Assembly (NCBI GenBank): GCA_054600435.1
Contig: BAAIJX010000068.1
Span: forward strand, 62,001-93,553
Origin: Neophaeotheca triangularis
Taxonomy: Eukaryota
Length of the DNA: 31,553 bases
Reading direction: 5' to 3'
Below the pieces are notes generated by a model. That model worked only from the letters and a program-made list of their open reading frames with translations, ran no database searches and was not told the origin of the DNA. Both the position numbers and the translations under genes were made by a program. The stretch's first letter is position 1. Every line of letters begins with the position of its first letter. This document shows positions 9,680-21,400 of this stretch, in pieces.

Positions 9680-12079
9680 CTAAGACGGATCCAACTCCAT
9701 CATAGCAGCATCCATATCATCATCCGCACCCATCAACCCATCCTCTGCAGCCTCAGCCTCCGCCATCACCATATCACCATGCACATGCCCATCCGCCTCC
9801 CCATTGACCCTTTGCTCCCTCTCCTGCTCCATACCAAGCTTCTTCTGATGCGTAGTCAAATCCTCATAACTCCATGTACTGACACCCTCCTGCATGCGGG
9901 CGGGGAATGGCCGACTCATCATCTTCAAGAACTTCTTGGCGGATGCTACACTCTGGTCGACAGACATGTTGGCGTCGCTCTCCATGAGTGCACTTGAGAT
10001 CCATTTGGGAAGTTGGCCGCGCTTTTTGCCAAAGCGTCGGTCCGCTAGCACCATTATCCCATAGTCGTCTTTGCCTCGCAGGACACGTCCTAGACATTGG
10101 GCGGCGTGCCGCATGGCGTCGAAGGAAAGGAAGTCATTTTCACGGATGCGATAGGTTTCTCGCAAGAACTCGAGGCGGGCTTTGAGGATGCGGGATTCGG
10201 TGTATTGGAAGGGCACGCCAATGCAGAGCACGGTGCGTCCGTAGTGGTGGTCGAAATCTATACCTTCCGAGACTTTGCCACGGGCGACACAGAGGAGGAC
10301 GGCACCGCGGCCATTGCTGCAGGCTGTGCGGTAGGTTTCGAGCGCGAGGGAGGTTTCTTGCGAGTCGGGCGTTTCGACGAGGATCAGCTTGCTCTTCCAC
10401 ACAGAGTCCAGGGTTCCCATGCTCTGCCACATCGAGATGATGGACTCCATGTAGAGGTAGGAGGGGAAGAATACGACGATACCGTCAGGGGTCAATTTGG
10501 AGAATTCAATGAGGAGATTACCGTAGTTTCGGACGTTCGAGGGGTCGTTACGGGTCTGGAAGCCAGACGAGATTGTGCCTTGGTCTGAACCTCTGGTCAC
10601 GATCATCGGTAGGAAAGAGCGACGGGCAAGGGTCATGGCGTACGATTCTTGCACGACTGTACTGAAGCCAAGCATCTTCGGGTACATCTCAAGAGGCGAA
10701 ATGGTTCCTGATGTGATGATGACTGAGCTGAAGCGTTCGAAGACTGGCTTGATGGCAATGGCTGCGTCAAGGCACGTGAAATGGAGTATTGGGTTGGGGA
10801 CAGTGGCTGTTTCTGATTCGAAGGGCTCGAGGATCAGCAAGAATCCAGTGTCATAGGTAGCGACGAGAGTAGCAAAGCTTGCCACTTCTTGCAGAGGTTG
10901 GTAATCTTCGATGTTGCTCAGCTCCAGCGTTCGCACGAGGGAGGTCAATCGCTCAGCACAGAATCGCAAAGGTTTCTTTTCGATGAAGGTGAGTTCTTTC
11001 AAGTGCTGCAAGAACGATGGCGGAGTCTCAGAGATGACATGCAGAACCTTCATTCGCGTCTTCAGGTACTCAATGAACCGCTTAAGGAAGGCTGTAAAGT
11101 GCTCAGCTCTCCGAATGTTGCCAGGGACTGCTTCTTTGAGTAAGTCGTCTGGTAAGGTAGGGTTCGACATGAATGCGCCTTCGTCTCGTGCCTCATCACT
11201 CTCGCGCAGACCTTCGACAAGCTTCGCATATTCGCTTTCCAGCTTCTCCTTGTCCGTCTGCTTCATCTCCGTGATCTTGTTCTCGAGATTCTGAGCGCCT
11301 CGTGCGGCCTTGCGCAGCGAATCTTCGTTCAAATCAATACTCAACGACTCAATGCACACGTTATCGATGTTGTGGGCCTCGTCAAACACGACAATGCAGT
11401 CTTTGGAAAGCTCCTTCGACACCCGCTCCGCAATCTTCGGATCGAGCAAGTAGTGATATGAGTAGATGATGACATTGCAAAACGGCATCATCCGTCTTGC
11501 TGTGAAGTAGGGACACTGCTTTTGTTGCTCGCCGTACTTCAGCATGCCGTCCAGCGTCCACACTCCGGCGGGGATTAGATTGTGCGGTTCCAGCAGGTCA
11601 AGATTATCGTGGTAAACGCAAACCTCCACATCCTCACCTCTCTCCTTCTTCTCTTTCACGAATCCGGCAGTCAAACTTCGGCACCTCGCATCGACGACTT
11701 GCCCACTCTTCTCACGCTTGACAGATGGATGCAAGCATAAATTCTTTCGGGAAGTCAGGCCCAGCCCTCGAAATTCCTCAACCTCACCCAGCTGGTCCGA
11801 CCTGTAATTCATGAGAGCTTTCAACTCCGCCAGAGCCTTTTCGATCTCGGACATGGTACGCGAGCAGTAGATGAGCTTCCTGTGTTCCGGGTAGTACTGC
11901 TGATATGCCACGATGAGCGATAGAAGTGAGACGGTTTTTCCAGTTCCTGAAGGCATTTCAAGTACGCAGTGGCCGCCTGCGTCGAGTGTCCGCTTGAGAT
12001 CGCACATGTATGCATATTGCTCCGGGTAGATGCGAGGGTAGGGGAAGAGGACCGGCAGGTCCTCGATCATGAACTTCAT
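9680..12079 (-). CDS. RAD3: TFIIH/NER 5'-3' DNA helicase XPD/Rad3 (Fe-S helicase), intronless, 799 aa
   Basis: Motifs LFPYPRIYPEQYAYM, LEMPSGTGKT (Walker A), Fe-S cysteines (RKNLC, DARC, VCVY, QCPYF), VFDEAHNID, ARGKVSEGIDFDHHYGR and AAQCLGRVLRGKDDYG. Confidence 0.98.
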   Translation of the reverse strand: MKFMIEDLPVLFPYPRIYPEQYAYMCDLKRTLDAGGHCVLEMPSGTGKTVSLLSLIVAYQQYYPEHRKLIYCSRTMSEIEKALAELKALMNYRSDQLGEVEEFRGLGLTSRKNLCLHPSVKREKSGQVVDARCRSLTAGFVKEKKERGEDVEVCVYHDNLDLLEPHNLIPAGVWTLDGMLKYGEQQKQCPYFTARRMMPFCNVIIYSYHYLLDPKIAERVSKELSKDCIVVFDEAHNIDNVCIESLSIDLNEDSLRKAARGAQNLENKITEMKQTDKEKLESEYAKLVEGLRESDEARDEGAFMSNPTLPDDLLKEAVPGNIRRAEHFTAFLKRFIEYLKTRMKVLHVISETPPSFLQHLKELTFIEKKPLRFCAERLTSLVRTLELSNIEDYQPLQEVASFATLVATYDTGFLLILEPFESETATVPNPILHFTCLDAAIAIKPVFERFSSVIITSGTISPLEMYPKMLGFSTVVQESYAMTLARRSFLPMIVTRGSDQGTISSGFQTRNDPSNVRNYGNLLIEFSKLTPDGIVVFFPSYLYMESIISMWQSMGTLDSVWKSKLILVETPDSQETSLALETYRTACSNGRGAVLLCVARGKVSEGIDFDHHYGRTVLCIGVPFQYTESRILKARLEFLRETYRIRENDFLSFDAMRHAAQCLGRVLRGKDDYGIMVLADRRFGKKRGQLPKWISSALMESDANMSVDQSVASAKKFLKMMSRPFPARMQEGVSTWSYEDLTTHQKKLGMEQEREQRVNGEADGHVHGDMVMAEAEAAEDGLMGADDDMDAAMMELDPS

Positions 12080-12714
12080 CTTGACTTCAAGCGGCCAACG
12101 GGCTGCCCGATGTTGACCAAGTAACCATGCAGCTTATCAGGCGAGACTATTATTCCAGCAGCGACAGTCTGCTATGTTTGGATCAGTAGGTGGGTGCTAA
12201 CGACTGGCGATGAGGGCTAGTCGCCACGCACGCGGGTGTTGCTTTGGCGTGGGCTATCAGCCGCGTGATATGAAGCAACGAGTGTGAGAGAAGATAACAG
12301 TTAGTGTCTCGTGATGATCAAAGCGAAGGACTGAAGTTGGTACAATGGAGGACGAAATCAAGTAGGAAATGTTGCTCCATTTCTATGAGGTAGCAGAACT
12401 GAGGTTCAAGTCGAGTGATGCCTAAGGCGCCGAAGCGGCGGTCTTGGCAAGCGCGACCGCAGAGAGGCCTTCACGCTCAATCGTACACATTCTATAGTGA
12501 TATGCTATCGTGAATTTGCTACTCTCAGTCTTTTTAGGGCGCGCCAAAGACATGACGCTGCTCGACGGATACACTACGTACACGCAAATCGGTACATTCT
12601 CGAGTGGAGGGGCCGCCGTCCACTTCAAGGGCAAAGACGTACCTAGGGACATTTGAGCTCGCAATAGGCCAATAAGGTCTGCAATCCCCTTTCGATGTGC
12701 GCCAGATAGTCGCA

Positions 12715-13560
12715 TCAGTGCATCGCCATCGCCTCGAGCTCGAGCTTCTTAAGGTACAACTCCTTCACCGCCACCAACAATCCTTCGTTGTCAGCCCGCT
12801 CGCGCAAATGGCGTGCCACTCGCTGATTCCACCATTCTTCCAAATCTCTCCCAAGAGCCCAACAATCCTCGAATGGCAGGAACTCAGACTCATAGTTTGC
12901 AGACTGTCCGAGCCGACGGCCCCTAATGATCCTTGCGTTCTGTCTGCACTCGTCCATGATCGGCACTAACATTTGATGTTCCGATTTGCGCAAAATGGAA
13001 CCCAACAAAGCCGTCACTTTCCACCACTCGTGGGTGTGCTCGTCGGCGCTGGCAAGAAGCGGGAATTGCGGATCTCGACATGGACCTGGTGCGATGCGGA
13101 TTGGTCTCTCCAGGTCACCACCGGATTGGATCAACACTTTGATAATCTCGACTGTTTTGTTCATCAAGGCGCTTGGCGTCGCGCTTGCCTTGACTTCATC
13201 TCGGAGCTCGACGTGGCTGTTCGCAAGCTTTCAAGCCACTCGTGATGGGGTAGTGCGTCGCTTGTGGAAGCAATGCAGTTCTCGGTTTCGGAGACCAAGT
13301 GTGTGGAGAAGTGTACGTCTAAAATGATGCTAGCTACCAGGCTCAGAGCTGCGATCGACGACGTGGAGTCCATTGATCGGCGAACGCAGCGGATTGGCCA
13401 GGCTGTGATACCGAGTTGCTTTGGTGGTAGCTAGCTTTGCTTAGTAGCGGACGGGAAAGAAGCCCTCGGTCGCTGGGCGTACGCCAATAATAGGTGATAT
13501 GAACGTAAAGCGAGAGAGTGCTGTCAGCTTTTCCTGGGCAGCAGCGAGCGGTATATTCTT
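12715..13560 (-). pseudogene. Probable degraded gene fragment resembling the C-terminal (ankyrin-like) region of fungal NACHT-type proteins
   Basis: Broken across frames: ..AQEKLTA.., ..LLLAYAQRP.., ..LPHHEWLESLR.. and ..TVEIIKVLIQSGGDL.. (ORF 12715-13167). The resemblance is by eye only; stops and frameshifts lie between the pieces. Confidence 0.3.
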
Positions 13561-13847
13561 CTATCGGGAGTTGACAGCCAGATGGCTTACTGCAGCAGGT
13601 AGCTCACAGCCTCGGCCACCAGATGCATCTCGAACGACAACGCACTCTTCAGCCGCAATTCACGCCTCGGCGACTGCATAGCTCCGCCACCTATCACGAT
13701 ACCACGATGAAGTCGAGCTCGAATATGCTCGAAGGCGTAGGCGGACAGTCCTGGCATCCTGTCTTCTGCGGCTGTGCGAACGCTAGTAGTTTCTAAGCGA
13801 TGCCCAAAGTCCGCATAGTGTTTCTGTGTAACTGAGCCGGCAAGTGT

Positions 13848-14837
13848 TTACAATCGCTGCGCCCCTGAAGCTACATGCTGGCCTGTATAATCGTCAGCAG
13901 TACCTGGTCTCGGCCAGTCTTCAAAGAAGACAGTCAAGCCTCGATTGAGCGAGCTTGCCACGATACTGGTATGTTCTTCACCTTCGTAGAAAACAACTTC
14001 CATTCCCCCCAACCGAGGACAGCCTCGAAGTACCCCAGTAAGGTCATGAACATTCCCAACCATATTCAAGTCAGCCCACATCTGCTTTCTCTTCTCGTAG
14101 TCAGCAACTGCCTCCCCAGTCCTCTGCGGCGGACACTGTTCCAATGAACCAACAGAGAGAAGCAACGATGGCAGCTTCCCATTGGGGACCTCCCCTGGCC
14201 TCGCGAAAGACTCTGCCTGCCGAAGGATATGTCGATCGCCCCACCATACAGAAGGACTACTGGCGATGTAGAAGTCGAACGATTCCGACTGCGTCAAAAG
14301 TACATGAAGTGCAAACAATCCTCCATACGAGTAGCCAAACAGAGCTTCCCTTGAGCACGACAAGCGCGGGAACTTCGCTTTGACAGCAGGCCTGACGGTA
14401 TTCGCTATGAATTCAGCAAAAACACCTGCGCCACCTTGAGTGTCGCCAGCGTCTGAGGTCGGCGGCGTAAGATCGTAATTGCGGCGTGCGTCGAACACGA
14501 TGCCGGTGCAAGGGTATCCGATGGCAACGACGATGCCTCCGCCGGCGAAGTAGGGAGAGAATTCAAGACGCCAGGCTGCTTCTGTTGCGGTGAGGAAGGC
14601 TGCGTTGCCATCGACGATATAGCTTTATTTTAGGTCAGCGGGAGTGATCTAGTATATTGCGAGTGCTCAAAGGCTGAGCTCCTACATGAATGGTAGTGGA
14701 TCACGATTGTCGGAGTAATCTTTGGCCCATTTGAGAGGCCAGGATATCTGTATTATGTATTCCTCGCCTTTCTCGTTCCATAACGAGAACTGTTCCGAGT
14801 TCGGGAGAGTGACTGCTACAGACTTGTCGGTCGTCAT
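13848..14837 (-). CDS. IroE/EstB-like siderophore esterase (alpha/beta hydrolase)
   Basis: Exon 1 14837-14686 (MTTDKSVAVTLPNSEQF..EEYIIQISWPL). Intron 14685-14623 (GTAGGA..GCTGAC..AAG). Exon 2 gives YIVDGNAAFLTATEAAWR, IVVAIGYP, RRNYDLTPP, the nucleophile elbow GYSYGG, ASSPSVWW and EGEEH. Confidence 0.92.
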
Positions 14838-15074
14838 TTTGCGGGAAAACCTGAAGCCGCTGTCAAGGGTCCAGACTTGGGAGTGTAGCAAGACAGGGAG
14901 ACAATGTCCATGCTGTCCATAATGTGCTTTCAGGAAGCACACGCGAAGCCATCAGTAAAGCCACTTTGAGAATCCTCCGAAACTACATCTTGGCTGTTGT
15001 CCTGTCGAGATGCATCGCCTGCATGCTAGACTCCACTTCATCCAAGCCAGCACCTCTAGCTTCGCCCAACCAAA

Positions 15075-15087
15075 ATCTGATAAGATT
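15075..15087 (+). promoter_or_regulatory. SreA/Sre1 iron-repressor GATA site (ATCTGATAA core)
   Basis: ATCTGATAAGATT matches the ATCWGATAA consensus exactly and lies in the divergent promoter of two siderophore genes. Confidence 0.8.
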
Positions 15088-15115
15088 CCAACCGCGACAA
15101 CTTGTGCGCTTCATC

Positions 15116-15128
15116 AATCTAATCAGAT
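15116..15128 (-). promoter_or_regulatory. SreA-type site variant ATCTGATTAGATT (inverted)
   Basis: aatctaatcagat is the reverse complement of ATCTGATTAGATT, one mismatch from the 15075 site. Confidence 0.6.
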
Positions 15129-15694
15129 GAAATGGACTTCACTCCATGTTTGTGTCTATAGGACATTTCCACTCCGTATTGAGGCGGTGTTGGAATCCAC
15201 TGTCAATGATAGAAGATGTTTCTCCGTTAATAATTGCTCTGCTTCAGCGACGAGATGTGCCCCACACTCAATCTTGGCAAACTTGCCGTTGTATGCGAAA
15301 TTTTTTCAACAGAAGAGAGAACGAACTCGCCGGTACTGTATGCACGTGGGTCTACCGGTAGCCAGCACTTTCGGCGTCGGTAGACCAACCCTAGCAGAGG
15401 TATCAACACCACGCGAGGAGCGACATCGCCGTCCGGCAACCAACGAAATTCCAACTCCGGGTTCTAGGGCTCACTGCTCAGGGACTATTAATTAGTCTGG
15501 TCCCTGCGGAGCAGAGATTGGCAAGAACAGGCGATCGCTTGGGGATTGGCCTGTCGCGCGGTCGTGTTCCACGCTACCACAACAGACACCTGACTCTTAC
15601 CCAATCTCAGACCCATTGGGACCTTAGCAATATTGTCCTCTCAAAGCTTGCTCCTCTGGATCTCGCGAAAAAAGTTAAAGCCAAGGAAGTAATG

Positions 15695-15707
15695 ATCTGA
15701 TTAGATT
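15695..15707 (+). promoter_or_regulatory. SreA-type site variant ATCTGATTAGATT upstream of the transporter
   Basis: 13-mer identical to the 15116 site (opposite orientation), ~260 nt upstream of ATG 15963. Confidence 0.6.
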
Positions 15708-15962
15708 TTCGCAATTGATGAAGTGGGTTTCTTGCCATAATTATCGCGGCCGACGGCGACGTGATAGAGCGCGAGAGTCATGGATAGGCGAGAGATGGGT
15801 AGGTAAAAAAGCAGTCGTTCAAGTCCCGGTGTCGGCCATGCAGGACTTGCGCTGGTGTTCAAGTACAGGCCTGTGGCCTCCATTAAAGGGCACAGCGTCT
15901 GCGTTGCTTCACATCAGATCTTCGCTCTTGGTCTTTTGTCAGACTCCACTACCGTAGCCACC

Positions 15963-17913
15963 ATGAGCAAGAATCCAACCTCCGCGAGCAGTGCCCCTGC
16001 TGGGGACATCAACTCAAGCCCCATCGAGGACTCCATCACCATGGACACCCAAGCTCCCGCCCAAGAAGCCTACGATGAAGAAGAATTGAAGCCAGACCGA
16101 CCAGCTGAAGACGCACAACCGGGTGTAAGGAAGATCGAAGCCGTGACGTTGGCATGGAGCAAGAAGTGGCTGATCATAACCCTGTGCCTGTAAGTGACAC
16201 ACTACTTTACAACGTTCATTCAGGAAATGGTTTGACACGTTTCGATCGATAGTATCTGGCTCCTCACCCTGGTCAACAACATGCGTTCGGTCATGGTGTA
16301 CAGTCTTAGCGCTTATGCGACGAGTTCGTTTTACGGGCATTCGCTCTTGACGGTTATCAGTGTGGTGTCGTCTGCTCTTGCGGGAGCCGTGTACATCCCC
16401 ATGGCGAAGGCTCTAGATCTATGGGGCCGAGCGGAAGGTTTCCTTCTGATGTTGACGTTCTGTCTCGTTGGGCTCGTCCTCTTGGCTTCATCGGACAATT
16501 TGCCGGTCTACTGCGCCGGAGAGGTAAGACGGTTTTTTGTTGTCGTGGCGATGAGGCGCAATAGCTGACTTGCGGATCAAGGTCTTTTACGCGATTGGTT
16601 TCGGAGGACTCTCGTACAGCTGGAACGTCCTGGCCGCCGACGTCACGAGTCTGAGGAATCGTGGTTTAGCTTTCGCATTCACCTCTTCTCCAGCACTGAT
16701 CTCCGCCTTTGCTGGATCCAAGGCCGCTGAAGACTTCCTGGAGAACTCGACTTGGAGATGGGGTTATGGAATGTGGGCCATCGTCTTGCCTGCAGTGGCT
16801 CTGCCGGTATACTTCGCACTGGCCTACAACTTGCGTAAAGCCGAGAAGCAAGGTGTGACAACAAAGAAGCAGGTTCGATGGGACTTCAGCCCTCGATCGA
16901 TTTGGTGGGCTATTGTTGAATTTGACCGTGAGTACGATTGGTTTGCTTCTGAAGAAATCCCGCTAATGACATACGCAACAGTGGGAGGCGTCTTTCTCTT
17001 CGCGGCTGGAATGGTGGTCTTCCTCCTCCCCTTCACCCTGGCAACCAGCGCACCCAATGGTTGGAGCACCGGCTATATCATCGCCATGATCGTCCTCGGT
17101 TTCGCCCTTCTCGTGGCCTTCGGGTTATACGAGACCTACGCCGCCCCAGTACCGTTCCTCAACTACGAGTTCCTCACGGACCGCACCGTCCTCGGCGCCT
17201 GCCTGCTCAACATGACGTACCAAATCTCCTACTCATGTTACGCCACCTACCTCCCTTCCTTCCTGCAAGTCGTCTACGAACTCGACGTCGCGGAAGCCGG
17301 ATACGTCGGCAACACCTTCAGCGTCGTTTCTTTCTTCTTCCTCTTCATCGCTGGTTACTTCATCCGTTTGACTGGTCGCTTCAAGTGGATTCTCTGGATC
17401 TGTGTGCCACTTTACATCTTCGGCGTTGGGTTGATGGTCCACTTCCGTCAACCAGGCGGGAACATCGGCTACATTGTCATGTGCGAGATCTTCTTCTCCA
17501 TCGCCGGCAGTGTCTTCATCCTCTGCGTCCAGCTTGCGGTACTCGCCTCGGTCGACCACCAACACGTCGCGGCGGTACTTGCGCTGCTGTTCGTGGTTGG
17601 AAGCATTGGCGGTGCAATTGGAAGTGCCATCTGCGGCGCCATTTGGACAAACACTTTCTTACCGTCTCTCACCAACAACCTCCCGGAGTCCGCTTTGCCG
17701 GATCTGGCCGCCATCTATTCGAGTCTGGCACAGCAGCTGAGCTACCCAGTTGGCACTCCCGAACGCGATGGCATCGTAGCGGCTTATGCGCACGCTCAGC
17801 CCATTATGCTCGCCACGGGAGCTTCGTTGATGGTTCTGGGCTTCGGTTGGGTTGCCATGATCAGGAACCTTAATGTTAAGACCATGACGCAGACGAAAGG
17901 AAATGTACTATAG
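15963..17913 (+). CDS. MFS siderophore-iron transporter (SIT/ARN family, MirB-like)
   Basis: Exons 15963-16189, 16253-16523, 16582-16927 and 16982-17913; introns start GTAAGT, GTAAGA and GTGAGT. Motifs AQPGVRKIEAVTLAWSK, YATSSFYGHSLL, AKALDLWGRAEG, ADVTSLRNRGLAFAF, WRWGYG, EFDL, GGAIGSAICGAIW, LSYPVGTPERDGIVAAY and terminal QTKGNVL; many hydrophobic TM segments. Confidence 0.95.
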
Positions 17914-18432
17914 AGGAAAGCAAGAGAAGGGGAGGGTCATCTGTCGCATTGGCCGTCTACGTACTTACTTTTCAGTGTATCCAGATGTATCGCATAGATC
18001 GCCACATCGTTGACTTGGGGCTCCGGAGGCTATCAATGAGAGCAACTGGCGTTTTCGTGTTCTCTGCTTTCCCGAATGACAACAATTTCGTTTTCAAGGA
18101 GGATGTTGATGTAATCATGGCCAAGTAGATAGGTAGTAGACGAGGAGTAAGGTAGAGGCTTTTGTAAACGCGCTTCCATTGAGACGCGAAAATTACACGA
18201 GTCATTCAAGCAAGATAAGGTCATCTTAGCGCCGATCAAATAGCCCGGTAGCGACGACGTCACCTCAGCCTCGTGAAATATCGCCGTGTAAATGTGGATT
18301 ATCATGTACAGAATGACACGTCCAATTCCCTCTTGCCTTCCTATTTTGTAAACTCTTCGAAACGAATCACGACTTCAATCTCTCCTCTCCCAAAAGGTCG
18401 CCTCCGACCGCTCTCCTTACCCAACTCCCATA

Positions 18433-21400
18433 ATGAGCAAACGGCAATTCAAATCGCAAGCCAGCAGCGGCCGAAGCGCCGGAGGCTTAGGAGGCTTCGG
18501 CAACAGCAGCGCATTCGGTAGCTCCCAGTCTTCAGCGCTGTCGTACATCCAAGAGCCACCGGATTACTCGCAAATATCGGACCCGAACGTGGTAGTTGCC
18601 TTCAAGAACCTCTCGAAGAAAGATGGGACGACAAAAGCCAAGGCGCTGGAAGAGCTACAAACGTATGTCTCGACCCAAGACCGCGAAGTAGAGGACGCAA
18701 TACTGGAAGCATGGGTGCGTCTCTATCAATACGAGCTAGTTTTTTGGAATATGTAGTGACAAGAATACTTTTAGGTCAAACTCTTCCCTCGCCTCTCGAT
18801 CGACAACACGCGCCGTGTTCGCCAACTCTCTCACATTTTGAACGGTCAGATCAGCCAAAAATGCGGAAAGAGGACGGCAAAGCACATGCCCAAGATAGCG
18901 GGTCCTTGGCTCGCGGGGTGCTACGACAGTGACCGGTCGAGTTCGAGGGCTGCTCAGGATGCTCTCAATCTGGTCTTCTCGGATCCAAAGAAGGTGCAGG
19001 GAGTGAGAAAGACTTTCCAAGGATCGATACTCGAATATTGCAAGGACGCTCTGTTGTCTGAGACGGTACAGTCGCTGAGCGATATGCGAGCTGTAAGCTC
19101 CGACGACGCCGAAGCGACCTATGCTAGAGTTGTTGCGACTGCTTTGTCGGTGGTCAACAGTTTACTGACAGAGCTACCCGATGAAGACATCTCAACCCTT
19201 GCAGGCGAGTACGAGTCGATAATAGAGGATAAGAAGTTGTGGTCGTTTGCCTCGCATTCGGACGTGATGGTCCGGCGAGCAACGCACAGGCTGACACGGA
19301 CATTTGTGAGCAAGTTGGTCGACGTCGTGCACCAGCATCTCCAGGCTGTGAGCAACGCATATATCTACAAGGGCCTCACGTCCGATCAGACGGGTTCAGC
19401 AACTGAGTACGCGCAAACACTGCTACTGTTGACGCAGACGAGCTCCTCTATCTGGACTGAGAACTACACCGGCAGCAAGCCTGCAATGAGCCGACTGCGG
19501 CAGTGGTTGAAAAAAGGCTCTCAGTCAGGGACTGCGGATTACTGGACTGTAATGACTCATATTTTCCGTGGCATGCCTGTGGAAGTGCTGCCTTCCACGT
19601 ATGAGGATGCTGCTCAGCTCTTGGCTTCTGCTCACCAAGGCGTTGCGAAGAAAGAGGAACGCTTCAATGCCTCTTCGGCGTGGGAAGCGTACTTTACTCT
19701 CGTTAACATCCTTTCCGAACAGCTTTCGGAAAGCGACAGCGACAAGCTTCTCGAGGAACTTGCGATGCCAGTGATCCGGCAATACTTATTCCCCTCGCAG
19801 GAGACCAGCGAATGGTCTATAGGTGGAGCACGGACATCGTTGATCCTCTCGAAGATATTGATCGTCACACGAATACTGCCACTACTGGAGCGGCATTGGC
19901 CATCTCTCGGAGAAACGCTTGGTGAGGGGGTGAAGACTTCTTTACCCGAGCAGTCGAAAGACTTTGAGAAGTCTCAGACTGCAATAGCCGGAACCGGTGA
20001 GCGCTGGGCCAGCCTCCAACGAGACCTCACCAAAAATGAATTAGGTGTTCCGGAATCGCTACAAAGCAAGTTCATGGAAACGTGTACGACTGTTCTGCGT
20101 GATTGCATCACCGTCCTCCAAAACCGGGAAGGCAAGCCTTTCGGAGCTGCTGCGACCATCGAGGAGCTTGTGCGGACATGCGGAGATTGGCTACTCAAAG
20201 ATAAAAGCTTCAACGAGATTTTCATACCATTTGTGGAAAGCGACGTTCCACGTTTCTACGGCGGTCCTTCGCAAAGGCAACTACTCCACTGCATCTACGC
20301 TCTGAAGGATGACGAGGTCTTCGAGCCGATGTTCAACAGCTTGCTCGAAACGATAGCCAACTCCACTTCGGGCACAGACGTGAATACAGGAGCTGTCAAG
20401 ACCCTATTCACCCACGCCACACCCGAGAAGGCCACTCGCATAGCGAAGGAGTCGACTACCTTTCAGAAATACATTCAAGGCCGTGCGACAGCAGAAGACG
20501 ATGGCGGCGATGTTGCCATGTTTGCCAACCTGCTGAATATAGGTGCCGTTTCGGACGAGTCCTCTGACGTAGTTTTGTCGACGATTGCATCTTCATTGTC
20601 CATTGCGGACAAATCGACAGTTGCGCTCAAGAGTCTGGATACTCTGGCCAAGACTAATGACGTCGCCGTGAAAGAGTTTGCTTCGAGGACGGACGGCCCT
20701 GCTGAACAGCTTCTGCCGTGTTTGTTGAAGCTTGAACAGTCCACGGACGACAGCGTAGCAGAGATTGCCGCGAGGATGTCGAACCAACTGTCAGCGAACG
20801 CAAAGGATGCAAAACCCTCGAGTCGCTTCAATATTGTTTTGCAGAACTTGAGCCAAGTTTCCCGGTCGTCTTTATCGATGCATGCGGTCATCGAGTTGGC
20901 GAACCGCCTTCTAGGCGAAGATAGGCACATCGAAGACGCCTCGCAGGTATTGCCAAATACCGAGACGTGGAGATCTGCCCTTATGGACACAATCAATGTG
21001 CCGGAGCCATCGCTCGCCTTGCTCAGCCCGTTGGGTGCCGCGCTGCATTTCGTAAAGCAGACCAATTTCGGAGAGCCTCCAGCGGTGCAGCACGACGGCG
21101 AAGGACTCTCTCAGGCCCTCCGTATTGCCATGTTCATGTCGCACCTGTTGGCTACGACTGACCTTTTCTCAAGACTTAGCACCGAACAAGTAACGGAGAT
21201 GCTTGTGTTGCTTCACGTCACCATCCTGATGGCCGAAGACACTGTCAGCATCCCCGGAGCTCACGAGCTGGACATCAAGGGCGGAGCTGAGAACGAAGCT
21301 GAGATCCTAGACTTTGTCTCTGAAGCGAACCGATTCATTGCCGGTCTGTCAGAGAAAGCGAATCCTTCAGCCACAGAAAAAGCGACATCTGCATCTACCG

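Noticed and set aside
12529..12656. Short + strand peptide MTLLDGYTTYTQIGTFSSGGAAVHFKGKDVPRDI with a RHIM-like TQIG
   Set aside because: Four-residue resemblance only, no effector domain attached, and the upstream donor would be atypical.
15517..15619. Cluster of CCAAT/ATTGG boxes as possible HapX-CBC sites
   Set aside because: None of the four I checked had RWT 12 nt downstream (CSAAT-N12-RWT); generic CCAAT boxes at best.
6817..17913. An 'iron cluster' formed by the Fe(II) oxygenase, the Fe-S helicase and the siderophore genes
   Set aside because: Full SreA-type sites occur only in the esterase/transporter promoter, so the neighbourhood is probably coincidental.
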